Of a DNA stretch of 35,612 nt, positions 28,762-35,612 are shown one piece after another. Made by a program: the position numbers and the translations under genes. The notes under the pieces are model-generated. The model made no database searches, was not told the DNA's origin, and saw only the letters and a program-made list of their open reading frames with translations. This stretch comes from Chloroflexota bacterium (GTDB lineage Bacteria; Chloroflexota; Limnocylindria; Limnocylindrales; CSP1-4). The stretch covers positions 1 to 35,612 of the forward strand of contig JAKAHU010000003.1 in the NCBI GenBank assembly GCA_021825385.1, in the 5' to 3' direction. Positions within the stretch are counted from its first letter, which is position 1; the number at the start of each line of letters is the position of its first letter.

Positions 28762-31346
28762 GGGCCCTTCTCGAGAGCGCCCTCTGCATGGCGGCCACCG
28801 GCTGGGGGGTGATCCCGTTGCACACCCCGATCGACGGCACCTGTGATTGCCATCGGCCCGACTGCTCCTCGGCCGGCAAGCATCCCCGGACGAAGAACGG
28901 CCTCAGCGACGCGACCACGGACGCCGATCAGATCCGCAAGTGGTGGGGCATGTGGCCCACGGCGAACATCGGCGCGGTTGTCCCGGACGGCTTCGTCGTG
29001 GTCGACGTGGACGTGGCGGATCTCGCCACGGTCTTCCGGAGCGATGAGCTGCCGAGAACGGCGATGTCGAGGACAGGCCGGGGCCGGCACCTGATCTACC
29101 GCACGACCACGGCGATCCGGCCCAAGGTCGGCGTCAGGGAGCACGTCGACCTCCGGGGGCCCGGCTCCTACATCGTCGTCCCGCACTCACTCCACATCAG
29201 CAACGTGCGCTACGAGTGGATCGTCCCGATCGAGGCCGGGATCGCGGACACACCGGCGTGGGTCGCCGAGACAGCCCGATCACCTCGGACGGCTGGCGAC
29301 CACCCCGAGGATTCGGACGCCATCCCCGACGGTCAGCGGAACGCGACGCTGACCTCGCTGGCGGGCACGATGCGGCGCCGGGGCATGACCGCCGCCGAGA
29401 TCGAGGCCGCGCTGCTGGCGGTGAACGCCGGCCGCTGTCGACCGCCCCTGCCAGATGACGCGGTCCGGGGCATCGCCTCCAGTGTCGGGCGCTACCCGCC
29501 GGGCGACGGGCGGACCTCCCCGCCGCCAGCCGCCGACGATCACGACGACGGTGATCCTGCCGCGACCGATGACCGCGACGGCGCGCCCGAGGTGGAGTCT
29601 GGCGATCCGGGCCCCGCCGAGCCCGCGGCAGGCGGGAAGCGATCCCAGGCGACCATGATCCTGGACCTCGCGGCGGACGTCGAGTTCTTCCACACCGCGG
29701 ACGACGTCGCCTACGCTCGCATCGAGCGCGAAGGCCATCACGAGGTATGGCCGCTTGGATCGAAGGCCCTTCGAGCGTGGCTGTCCCGCCAATTCCACAT
29801 GGAATATGGGCGAGCCGCCGGCGGCCAGGCGCTGCGCGATGCTCTCGACGTCCTGATGGGCCGGGCGCTCTTCGAGGGGCTCGAGTGCCCGGTGTACGTC
29901 CGGGTCGCTGGTGATGGCCCCGACATCTACCTCGACCTGGGCGACCCGCTCTGGCAGGCGATCAGGATCACGGCCACCGGCTGGGACCTCGTCGCCGACC
30001 CGCCCGTGCGCTTCCGCCGCCCGAAAGGTCTGCTCCGCCTGCCCGTGCCCGTCCGGGGAGGCACCGTGGATCAGCTCCGTCGATTCGTGAACGTCCGGGA
30101 TGACGACCAGGACAACCAGTGGCGCCTGTTCCTCGGCTGTCTCGTCGCGGCGTTCCGGCCGAACGGTCCGTATCCGATCCTCGCCCTCAACGGCGAGCAC
30201 GGCTCGGCCAAGTCCACCACAGCGAAGATCCACCGTCGCCTGATCGACCCCAACAAAAGCGTCACCCGCGCCACGCCGCGTGATGAGCGAGATCTGGCGA
30301 TCGCGGCGACCAACGGCGCCGTCATCTCCCTCGACAATCTCTCGACCGTCTCGGACTGGCTGAGCGACACGCTCTGCCGGGTCTCGACCGGGCTGGGCTT
30401 CAGCACCCGCACCCTCTACGAGAACGACGAGGAGACGCTGTTCGACGCCTGCCGCCCGATCGTCATCAACGGCATCGGCGTCCTGGGCACGCGCAGCGAT
30501 CTGCTCGACCGCACGATCGAGCTCGAACTGCCCCGGATCCCGGACGATCGCCGCCAGGACGAGGCCCAGTTCTGGGCCGCGTTCGATCGCGAGCAGCCGT
30601 CGATCCTCGGCGCGCTCCTGGACGCGGTGTCGGGCGCCATCGGTCAGCTCGATGCGGTCAAGCTCGAGCGGGCGCCCAGGATGGCCGACTTCGCCCGCTG
30701 GGTCGTGGCAGCCGAACCGGCGCTGGGGTGGCCCCCCGGCTCGTTCCTGAAGGCGTACACGGGCAACCGAGACGCGATCCACGAGATCGCCCTCGACGCG
30801 GCGGTGATCGTCGCGCCGATGCGCACGATGCTGGAATCGGGCGAGTTCGTGGGGACCGCGACGGAACTCCTCGACCGCCTCGCGGGCATCGTGGGCGAGC
30901 CGGCCACGCGGCGCAAAGGCTGGCCCGGGAACGCGACGTCGCTCTCGCGGGAGCTCGCCCGCATCGCGCCCAACCTCCGCTCGGTCGGGATCGAGGTTGA
31001 GAAGCGTCGCGAGTCGCACGGGCGCCGCCTGATCGCCATCCGCGAGGTCCCGGAAACGTCGTCACCCGCGTCACCGCCGTCACCGGCCTCGGGCGCAGGT
31101 GACGCAACAGCGCCGGAAGGTGACGGGACGGGTCTGTGGGGTGAGGCGAGCGTCACCGAGGATCGTGCTCGCGGTGACGACGGTGACGCTGGTGACGCTC
31201 CTCTGCCTACTCCGGCGCCTGACGACCTGGACGTCGTCCATGCCGCGATGCGGATCTTCGGCGACGACATGACCGACGAGTCGGCAGCACGCCTCAGGAC
31301 CGTGGTCGATGGCACGGATGGCTACGAGTGGGGCGGGCTCGCGTGA
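28758..31346 (+). CDS. Bifunctional primase-polymerase (Prim-Pol + PriCT-1) fused to P-loop helicase
   Basis: CDCHRPDC..GKHP, ANIG, VVDVD, GRHLIY, DLRG..SYIVVP; IPDGQRNATLTSLAG (PriCT); GEHGSAKST Walker A, SLDN, DLLDR. Confidence 0.9.
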   Translation: MRALLESALCMAATGWGVIPLHTPIDGTCDCHRPDCSSAGKHPRTKNGLSDATTDADQIRKWWGMWPTANIGAVVPDGFVVVDVDVADLATVFRSDELPRTAMSRTGRGRHLIYRTTTAIRPKVGVREHVDLRGPGSYIVVPHSLHISNVRYEWIVPIEAGIADTPAWVAETARSPRTAGDHPEDSDAIPDGQRNATLTSLAGTMRRRGMTAAEIEAALLAVNAGRCRPPLPDDAVRGIASSVGRYPPGDGRTSPPPAADDHDDGDPAATDDRDGAPEVESGDPGPAEPAAGGKRSQATMILDLAADVEFFHTADDVAYARIEREGHHEVWPLGSKALRAWLSRQFHMEYGRAAGGQALRDALDVLMGRALFEGLECPVYVRVAGDGPDIYLDLGDPLWQAIRITATGWDLVADPPVRFRRPKGLLRLPVPVRGGTVDQLRRFVNVRDDDQDNQWRLFLGCLVAAFRPNGPYPILALNGEHGSAKSTTAKIHRRLIDPNKSVTRATPRDERDLAIAATNGAVISLDNLSTVSDWLSDTLCRVSTGLGFSTRTLYENDEETLFDACRPIVINGIGVLGTRSDLLDRTIELELPRIPDDRRQDEAQFWAAFDREQPSILGALLDAVSGAIGQLDAVKLERAPRMADFARWVVAAEPALGWPPGSFLKAYTGNRDAIHEIALDAAVIVAPMRTMLESGEFVGTATELLDRLAGIVGEPATRRKGWPGNATSLSRELARIAPNLRSVGIEVEKRRESHGRRLIAIREVPETSSPASPPSPASGAGDATAPEGDGTGLWGEASVTEDRARGDDGDAGDAPLPTPAPDDLDVVHAAMRIFGDDMTDESAARLRTVVDGTDGYEWGGLA
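31060..31197. repeat. Iteron-like CGTCACC/GGTGACG array; putative replication origin
   Basis: CGTCACC at 31060, 31069, 31078, 31151; GGTGACG at 31098, 31119, 31173, 31182, 31191; variant GGTGAGG at 31140. Confidence 0.8.
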
Positions 31347-31522
31347 CCGCCCAGGCGCTGCCACCCGTGGGGCACGATCCGCTCATCGTCGCCCTCGCCC
31401 GCTACGTCGAGGCGCTCCATCGGCGCTATCCCGACGGCCCCGACCAGCTACGCCGGGAGGGACTTGACGCCAGAGCAAAGGTGTCCGAGATGGTCACGAT
31501 CCAGAAGGTCACGGCAGCGTGA
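31343..31522 (+). CDS. Small hypothetical protein (59 aa), candidate recombination directionality factor
   Basis: GTGA overlaps with both the primase stop and the recombinase start; function inferred only from position. Confidence 0.55.
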   Translation: MTAQALPPVGHDPLIVALARYVEALHRRYPDGPDQLRREGLDARAKVSEMVTIQKVTAA

Positions 31523-33021
31523 AGCGCCTTCCCCGCTCGCTCGACGAGATCGGCGGTCTACGGGCGGCCCGCTGGATTCGGGAGTCGACGGCCGGCCAGT
31601 ACGACCGGTACGGCCCGGCGAGCCAGCGCGAGCAGCAGGACCGGTTCATCGAACGCCACGGCCTCGTCGACACCGGGCTCGTCTACCAGGTCGCGCACAG
31701 CGGTCGGACCGTCTGGCGCTCGGCGACGATGGCCACGATGGTCGACGATCTCCGGGCCGGCCGTTTCGACCTCCTCCTGACCGGCTATTCGGACCGCTGG
31801 CAGCGCAACCTGCGCCGGACCCTCGAGCTCCTTGAGGACGAGCTGCACCCGAATGGGGTCGCCCTCGTCATGTGCGACCGGAAGATCCTGAGCTCCGACC
31901 CCTCCGACTGGGACGAGCTGATCTCGGAGGCCGCCGGCGCGGAGAAGTACAGCCGTCGGCTCTCGGAGCGCATCACCGAGGGCTACGCCGCCAAGTTCGA
32001 CCAGGAGCACGACCCGGGTGGCCATGCCGCCCTCGGCTTCCGGCGCCTGCCGGAGCCGCCGCACACCCTCGAGATCGACCCCGACCGCATGCCCGTCGTT
32101 GTGGGCCTGTTCGAGCAGTACGCGCTGGGCAACGTGAGCGCGGTGCAGCTCGAGGCAGAGACCGGGCTCGCCGCGACACGCATCCGGATGATCCTCATGA
32201 ACCCGCTCTACAACGGCTGGATCCGGCGGCACCGCGGCACGAACGAGACGCGCCGACCGGCACCATGGCGGGCAGCACCCCCCGTCTCCGACGAGCTCTG
32301 GGCGCGGGTGGAGGAGGTCCGACGTGCCAAGACCCGCGGCGGAGGACCGAAGAACTGGGATCGTGTCGACCTGCTGGGCGGCCTCCTTGAATGCGTGTGC
32401 GGTCGCCAACTGCGGAACGACGGAACGTTCGCCGATGGCCGCCACCGCAAGCACCACGCCAACCCGTGCGAGGCCTGGGGCCGTAAGGCCCGCCTCGGCG
32501 ACGCGACCTGGGAGACGCCTGTGCTGGCCCAGGTCGCCGGCATCGCGCTCGACGACGTCACTCTCGCATCGGTCGTCGCGGCGCTCGGGTCGAACCAGCA
32601 GCCGGTCGCGATCGACCGGGCGCGGATCGAGCGGCAGATCCGCGAGCTGGCGCTGGAGCACGCTGGCGGCCTGCTCGGCGACGACACCTACCTGACGCGC
32701 CTCAAGGCACTCCGCGAGCAGCGGGACGCCATCGTGGAGCGAACGGCGGCGGGCCTACCCGGCCATCGCGCAGTCGAGTGGCTGCGCGCCCTCGGCGAGT
32801 CCTTGCAGACCGCAGACGTACCGAAGGAGAAGGCAGATCTGATGCACGCCATCTACGAGCGGATCACGGTCGCGGGCCCCGAGATCGTGGGTGTCCGGCT
32901 GACCGGGGCGGCCTACGCGCACGGATTGGCGCTGGCGCTGCCCGAAAAGGTTGAAATGGCGCGCCCGACAGGATTCGAACCTGCGACCTTCGGCTCCGGA
33001 GGCCGACGCTCTATCCGCTGA
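31519..33021 (+). CDS. Large serine recombinase (integrase)
   Basis: WIRESTAGQ catalytic Ser motif, SDRWQRN, LSERI..G, ILMNPLYNG recombinase domain, LLGGLLECVCG Zn ribbon, coiled coil. Confidence 0.93.
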   Translation: MKRLPRSLDEIGGLRAARWIRESTAGQYDRYGPASQREQQDRFIERHGLVDTGLVYQVAHSGRTVWRSATMATMVDDLRAGRFDLLLTGYSDRWQRNLRRTLELLEDELHPNGVALVMCDRKILSSDPSDWDELISEAAGAEKYSRRLSERITEGYAAKFDQEHDPGGHAALGFRRLPEPPHTLEIDPDRMPVVVGLFEQYALGNVSAVQLEAETGLAATRIRMILMNPLYNGWIRRHRGTNETRRPAPWRAAPPVSDELWARVEEVRRAKTRGGGPKNWDRVDLLGGLLECVCGRQLRNDGTFADGRHRKHHANPCEAWGRKARLGDATWETPVLAQVAGIALDDVTLASVVAALGSNQQPVAIDRARIERQIRELALEHAGGLLGDDTYLTRLKALREQRDAIVERTAAGLPGHRAVEWLRALGESLQTADVPKEKADLMHAIYERITVAGPEIVGVRLTGAAYAHGLALALPEKVEMARPTGFEPATFGSGGRRSIR

Positions 33022-33032
33022 GCTACAGGCGC
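32957..33032 (-). tRNA. tRNA-Arg(CCG), with encoded CCA; prophage att site
   Basis: GCGCCTGTAGCTCAGCGGATAGAGCGTCGGCCTCCGGAGCCGAAGGTCGCAGGTTCGAATCCTGTCGGGCGCGCCA folds to a cloverleaf; anticodon loop CT-CCG-GA; GTTCGAATC T-loop. Confidence 0.97.
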
Positions 33033-33129
33033 GCGAGCCACGATGATAGCGGTCGAGCGTCAAGGGAGCTTCGGCTTCCGGCCTGGCGCTCCGCCTGGCC
33101 CCGTCCGCGAAGCTCGCGATCACGCCCCG

Positions 33130-33164
33130 GAAACGTCGAAGCGGCTCCCGAGGGAGCCGCTTCG
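33130..33164 (-). terminator. Strong hairpin, probable intrinsic terminator of the ncRNA candidate
   Basis: CGAAGCGGCTCC-CTCG-GGAGCCGCTTCG 12-bp stem (33137-33164) followed by ACGTTT on the minus strand. Confidence 0.65.
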
Positions 33165-33303
33165 CTGCTGTCCCGGTGAAGCGGGCCCGTTGCCGGACCT
33201 CTTCTGCCACGTTCCAGGGGCATCTATCACGCCGGCTGCACCGGCTACCCTGACCCAACCTACCCATGACCCTGCAACTGGGGCAGCGGTCGCTCGCGCG
33301 ACT
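33130..33303 (-). ncRNA. Unassigned structured ncRNA candidate (~175 nt)
   Basis: Lies between a consensus-like promoter and a terminator with no credible ORF; two GNRA-capped hairpins and a long-range closing stem. Confidence 0.55.
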
Positions 33304-33309
33304 GGCAGG

Positions 33310-33338
33310 AGTGTAGCCGACGCCCCTCTCCGACTCAA
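33310..33338 (-). promoter_or_regulatory. Sigma70-type promoter TTGAGT-N17-TACACT
   Basis: -35 at 33338-33333, -10 at 33315-33310, 17-nt spacer, A/T-richer sequence upstream. Confidence 0.72.
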
Positions 33339-33443
33339 GGGTTTCCGTGGGTTTGCTGGTTAATATTCCGCAACCTTCGGGGCGGGTCGTCCGCAACCTC
33401 CAGGTCGCCCGCGGGCTCGGGGCGGGGCCGGGCTCGCCGCGGC

Positions 33444-33947
33444 TCACTCCTGGTGGACCCTCACCGACGTCATCGTGACCGGCTGGCTCGGGAAGTCGCG
33501 GGCGTCGCGCGGCGCAGTCGCGATCGTGTCGACGACCTCGAGGCCCGAGAGGACCTTCCCGAAGACCGTGTAGCTCTTCGGCAGCTTCCCGCGGAGGTCA
33601 GCGTGGCAGATGAAGAACTGCGAGCCGTTCGTGTTCGGGCCGGCGTTCGCCATGGCGAGGGCGCCACGCTCGTAGTCGCCGGCGAACGGCTCGTCCGCGA
33701 AGCGGTAGCCGGGCCCGCCCGTGCCGACGCGGCCCCGGTTGCGGATCTCGCCCTTCTCGTCGACGCGCCCGAACTCGCCGTCGCCGCCCTGGATCACGAA
33801 GCCGGGGATGACCCGGTGGAAGATGACGCCGTCGTAGAAGCCCTCCTTGGCGAGCTTCGCGAAGTTCGCCGCCGCCTTCGGGGCGTCGGCATCGGCGAGC
33901 TCGACGACGATGTCGCCCGCCGTGGTCGCGATCGTGGCCTTCGTCAT
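33444..33947 (-). CDS. Peptidyl-prolyl cis-trans isomerase, cyclophilin type (cytoplasmic)
   Basis: FHRVIPGFVIQGGD, LAMANAGPNTNGSQFFI, YTVFGKV; SD AAGGAGG. Confidence 0.96.
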   Translation of the reverse strand: MTKATIATTAGDIVVELADADAPKAAANFAKLAKEGFYDGVIFHRVIPGFVIQGGDGEFGRVDEKGEIRNRGRVGTGGPGYRFADEPFAGDYERGALAMANAGPNTNGSQFFICHADLRGKLPKSYTVFGKVLSGLEVVDTIATAPRDARDFPSQPVTMTSVRVHQE

Positions 33948-33996
33948 GGATGCCTCCTTCGGTGGCCGCCGGGCACGCCGCGCCCGCGGCGCTCGG

Positions 33997-34731
33997 TCAG
34001 GGACGGCTGACCGTCGCCTTCGTGACGGCGACGGGCTCGAGCGCCTGGTTCGCCGGCGTGCCGGAGTTCGGCATCGCCGCGATCGCGTCGACGACGTCCA
34101 TCCCCGAGGAGACGGTACCGAGGATCGCGTACGTGTTGGCCGACTCGAGCGCCGGTCGGGCCTGGTCGTCGAGCACGATGAAGAACTGGCTGCCCTCGGA
34201 GTTCGGCGCCGGGGTCCGGGCCATCGCGACCGTCCCGCGGCCGTACGGCGTCGTCACCGGGTCGTCCGTGATCGTGTACCCGGGCCCGCCGGTCCCCACG
34301 AGGCTGGCGTCGACGTTCGGCTTCCGGCCGTACTCGCCGTCGCCGCCCTGGATGACGAAGCCCGGGACGAGCCGGTGGAAGACGACGCCGTCGTAGAACC
34401 CGCACGCGGCGAGTGCCACGAAGTTCCCGGTCGCGTTCGGGGCGAGGGAGCCCTTCACGTCGATGACGATCGTCCCCTTCTCCGTCTCGAGCGTCACCTT
34501 CGCGGTCGCGTCGGCTGCGAGCGGCGGCGGGGCGCTCGTCGGGCAGCCGGCGGGGATCCCGCCGGCCGGGCTGGCCGGCGCCGAGGCGGGGGCGCTCGCA
34601 GGGGGCGAGGCGGGCGTCCCGGACGGCGAGCCGGCCGGCTGGATCGGCGAGGCGCTCGAGCCGCACGCGGCGGCGAGGAGCGCGGTGGCCGCGGCGAGCG
34701 CGGCGAGGCGGCGGGCGGGTGCGAGGGTCAT
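33997..34731 (-). CDS. Cyclophilin-type PPIase, predicted lipoprotein
   Basis: ATG 34731 overlaps upstream stop; signal peptide with LLAAAC lipobox, Pro/Ala linker, FHRLVPGFVIQGGD, VAMART..NSEGSQFFI. Confidence 0.92.
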   Translation of the reverse strand: MTLAPARRLAALAAATALLAAACGSSASPIQPAGSPSGTPASPPASAPASAPASPAGGIPAGCPTSAPPPLAADATAKVTLETEKGTIVIDVKGSLAPNATGNFVALAACGFYDGVVFHRLVPGFVIQGGDGEYGRKPNVDASLVGTGGPGYTITDDPVTTPYGRGTVAMARTPAPNSEGSQFFIVLDDQARPALESANTYAILGTVSSGMDVVDAIAAMPNSGTPANQALEPVAVTKATVSRP

Positions 34732-35426
34732 GCGGCGGCCTCCAGGGCGGCGGGGTACGCGATGCGGCCGGTGAGGAGCGCCTCCCCGAGGACGACGCCG
34801 GCCGCGCCGGCATCGCGGAGGCGCCGGATCCCGGCAAGGTCGACGACGCCGCCGGCGACGAGGACCTCGAGATCGAGGTCCCGGGCCAGGCGGCCGACGA
34901 GCGCGGCGTCCACCGCGCCGCCGTGGGAGAGGACGAGACGGCGGACGCCGAGCCCGGCGAGGTCGGAGGCGACGTCGTCGACGGCGGGGCGCCTCCCGTC
35001 GCGCCACGGGAACGCGGCGAGGCGCTCCGGTCGCGGGTCGAGCCCGACCGCCAGCCAGTCGCCGGCGACGGCGAGGCAGGCGCGGAGCGTCGGCGGGTCG
35101 TCGGCCATCGCCATCGGGACGACGACGCGGGTCGCACCCGCGGCGAAGGCGAGGCGGACCTGGTCCGGGCCGTCGACCCCGCCGGCGAGCTGGAGCGGCA
35201 CCGCGACGCGCGCCGCGATCCGCCCGACGACGTCGAGGCTCGCCGGGCGGCCCTGCCGGGCGCCGTCGTGGTCGACGAGGTGGACGACTCGGGCGCCCTG
35301 CTCGACGAAGCGCACGGCGATCAACTCGGGACGGTCCGTGGGGGCGCCGACCCCCGCGGCCGCCCCCGGCCAGAAGACGATCCGGGAGCGGCCCGCGGAC
35401 AGGTCGAGCGACGGGATGACGAGCAC
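34728..35426 (-). CDS. HisA/HisF-family TIM-barrel protein (divergent HisA-like)
   Basis: VIPSLDL, VHLVDHDGA, LQLAGGV, GATRVVV, VAGGV, GVVLGEAL. Confidence 0.82.
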   Translation of the reverse strand: MLVIPSLDLSAGRSRIVFWPGAAAGVGAPTDRPELIAVRFVEQGARVVHLVDHDGARQGRPASLDVVGRIAARVAVPLQLAGGVDGPDQVRLAFAAGATRVVVPMAMADDPPTLRACLAVAGDWLAVGLDPRPERLAAFPWRDGRRPAVDDVASDLAGLGVRRLVLSHGGAVDAALVGRLARDLDLEVLVAGGVVDLAGIRRLRDAGAAGVVLGEALLTGRIAYPAALEAAA

Positions 35427-35440
35427 GCGGCGGGCCGGCC

Positions 35441-35611
35441 TCAGGGCCGCGGCGCGCCGGCGGCGGCAGCGGCTGCCCAGGCGCCTGTCGCCTCCGCCGC
35501 CTCGGCGCCACGCGCGGGGCGGGTGCCGGCGGTCTCCGCGAGCGCCTCCCGCGCGGCCGCGATCGTCGCCTCCACGTCCGCCCGCTCGATCCCGTAGTGG
35601 GTCACGGCCCG
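35441..35611 (-). CDS. ltaE: C-terminal fragment of low-specificity L-threonine aldolase family protein (truncated by window edge)
   Basis: RAVTHYGIERADVEATIAAAREAL resembles the LtaE C-terminal RxVTH motif; TGA at 35443-35441. Confidence 0.62.
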   Translation of the reverse strand, partial: RAVTHYGIERADVEATIAAAREALAETAGTRPARGAEAAEATGAWAAAAAAGAPRP

Positions 35612-35612
35612 G

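Noticed and set aside
31464-31495. TTGACG as a -35 element for an integrase promoter
   Set aside because: No acceptable -10 hexamer at 16-18 nt spacing
33064-33079. GGGAGC-TTCG-GCTTCC hairpin downstream of the integrase stop as a terminator
   Set aside because: Short stem with no U-tract; lies in host sequence upstream of the tRNA; function unsupported
33165-33300. Cobalamin or other riboswitch, SRP RNA, or group II intron domain V as identity of the intergenic RNA
   Set aside because: Only fragmentary resemblance (e.g. CCTGCAACTG); conserved cores are absent and no regulated ORF follows
34732-35511. N-terminal 260-aa extension of the 504-aa ORF 33997-35511
   Set aside because: Overlaps the HisA-like gene in another frame; the real start is ATG 34731 with a signal peptide

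Overview
High-GC window made up of the right-hand ~33 kb of a siphovirus-like prophage integrated at a tRNA-Arg(CCG) gene (32957-33032, minus strand), followed by ~2.5 kb of host chromosome. From left to right: the tail end of a phage DNA methylase; a complete head, neck and long non-contractile tail module (104-16492) with a -1 frameshift tail chaperone; an inverted three-gene BREX-related/'restriction-like' defence cassette (SNF2 helicase-DUF3883 nuclease, DUF1156 adenine methylase, HEPN-DUF499 ATPase; 16926-26518); a divergent control region; and a very compact regulator/prim-pol-helicase/large serine recombinase module. Host side: an unassigned structured ncRNA candidate with its own sigma70-type promoter and terminator, two tandem cyclophilins, a HisA-like TIM barrel and a threonine aldolase 3' end. 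The most notable observations are: the integrase ORF runs antisense through the tRNA and takes its last 21 codons and stop codon from the att/tRNA sequence; a symmetric array of CGTCACC iterons inside the primase gene 3' end (probable origin); an apparent ATC start codon on the defence helicase; surface-domain insertions in both the major capsid and tail tube proteins; and the ncRNA. All family assignments come from motif recognition by eye, not from database searches. No CRISPR array, rRNA, reverse transcriptase or lysis genes were seen. The left prophage end lies outside the window.
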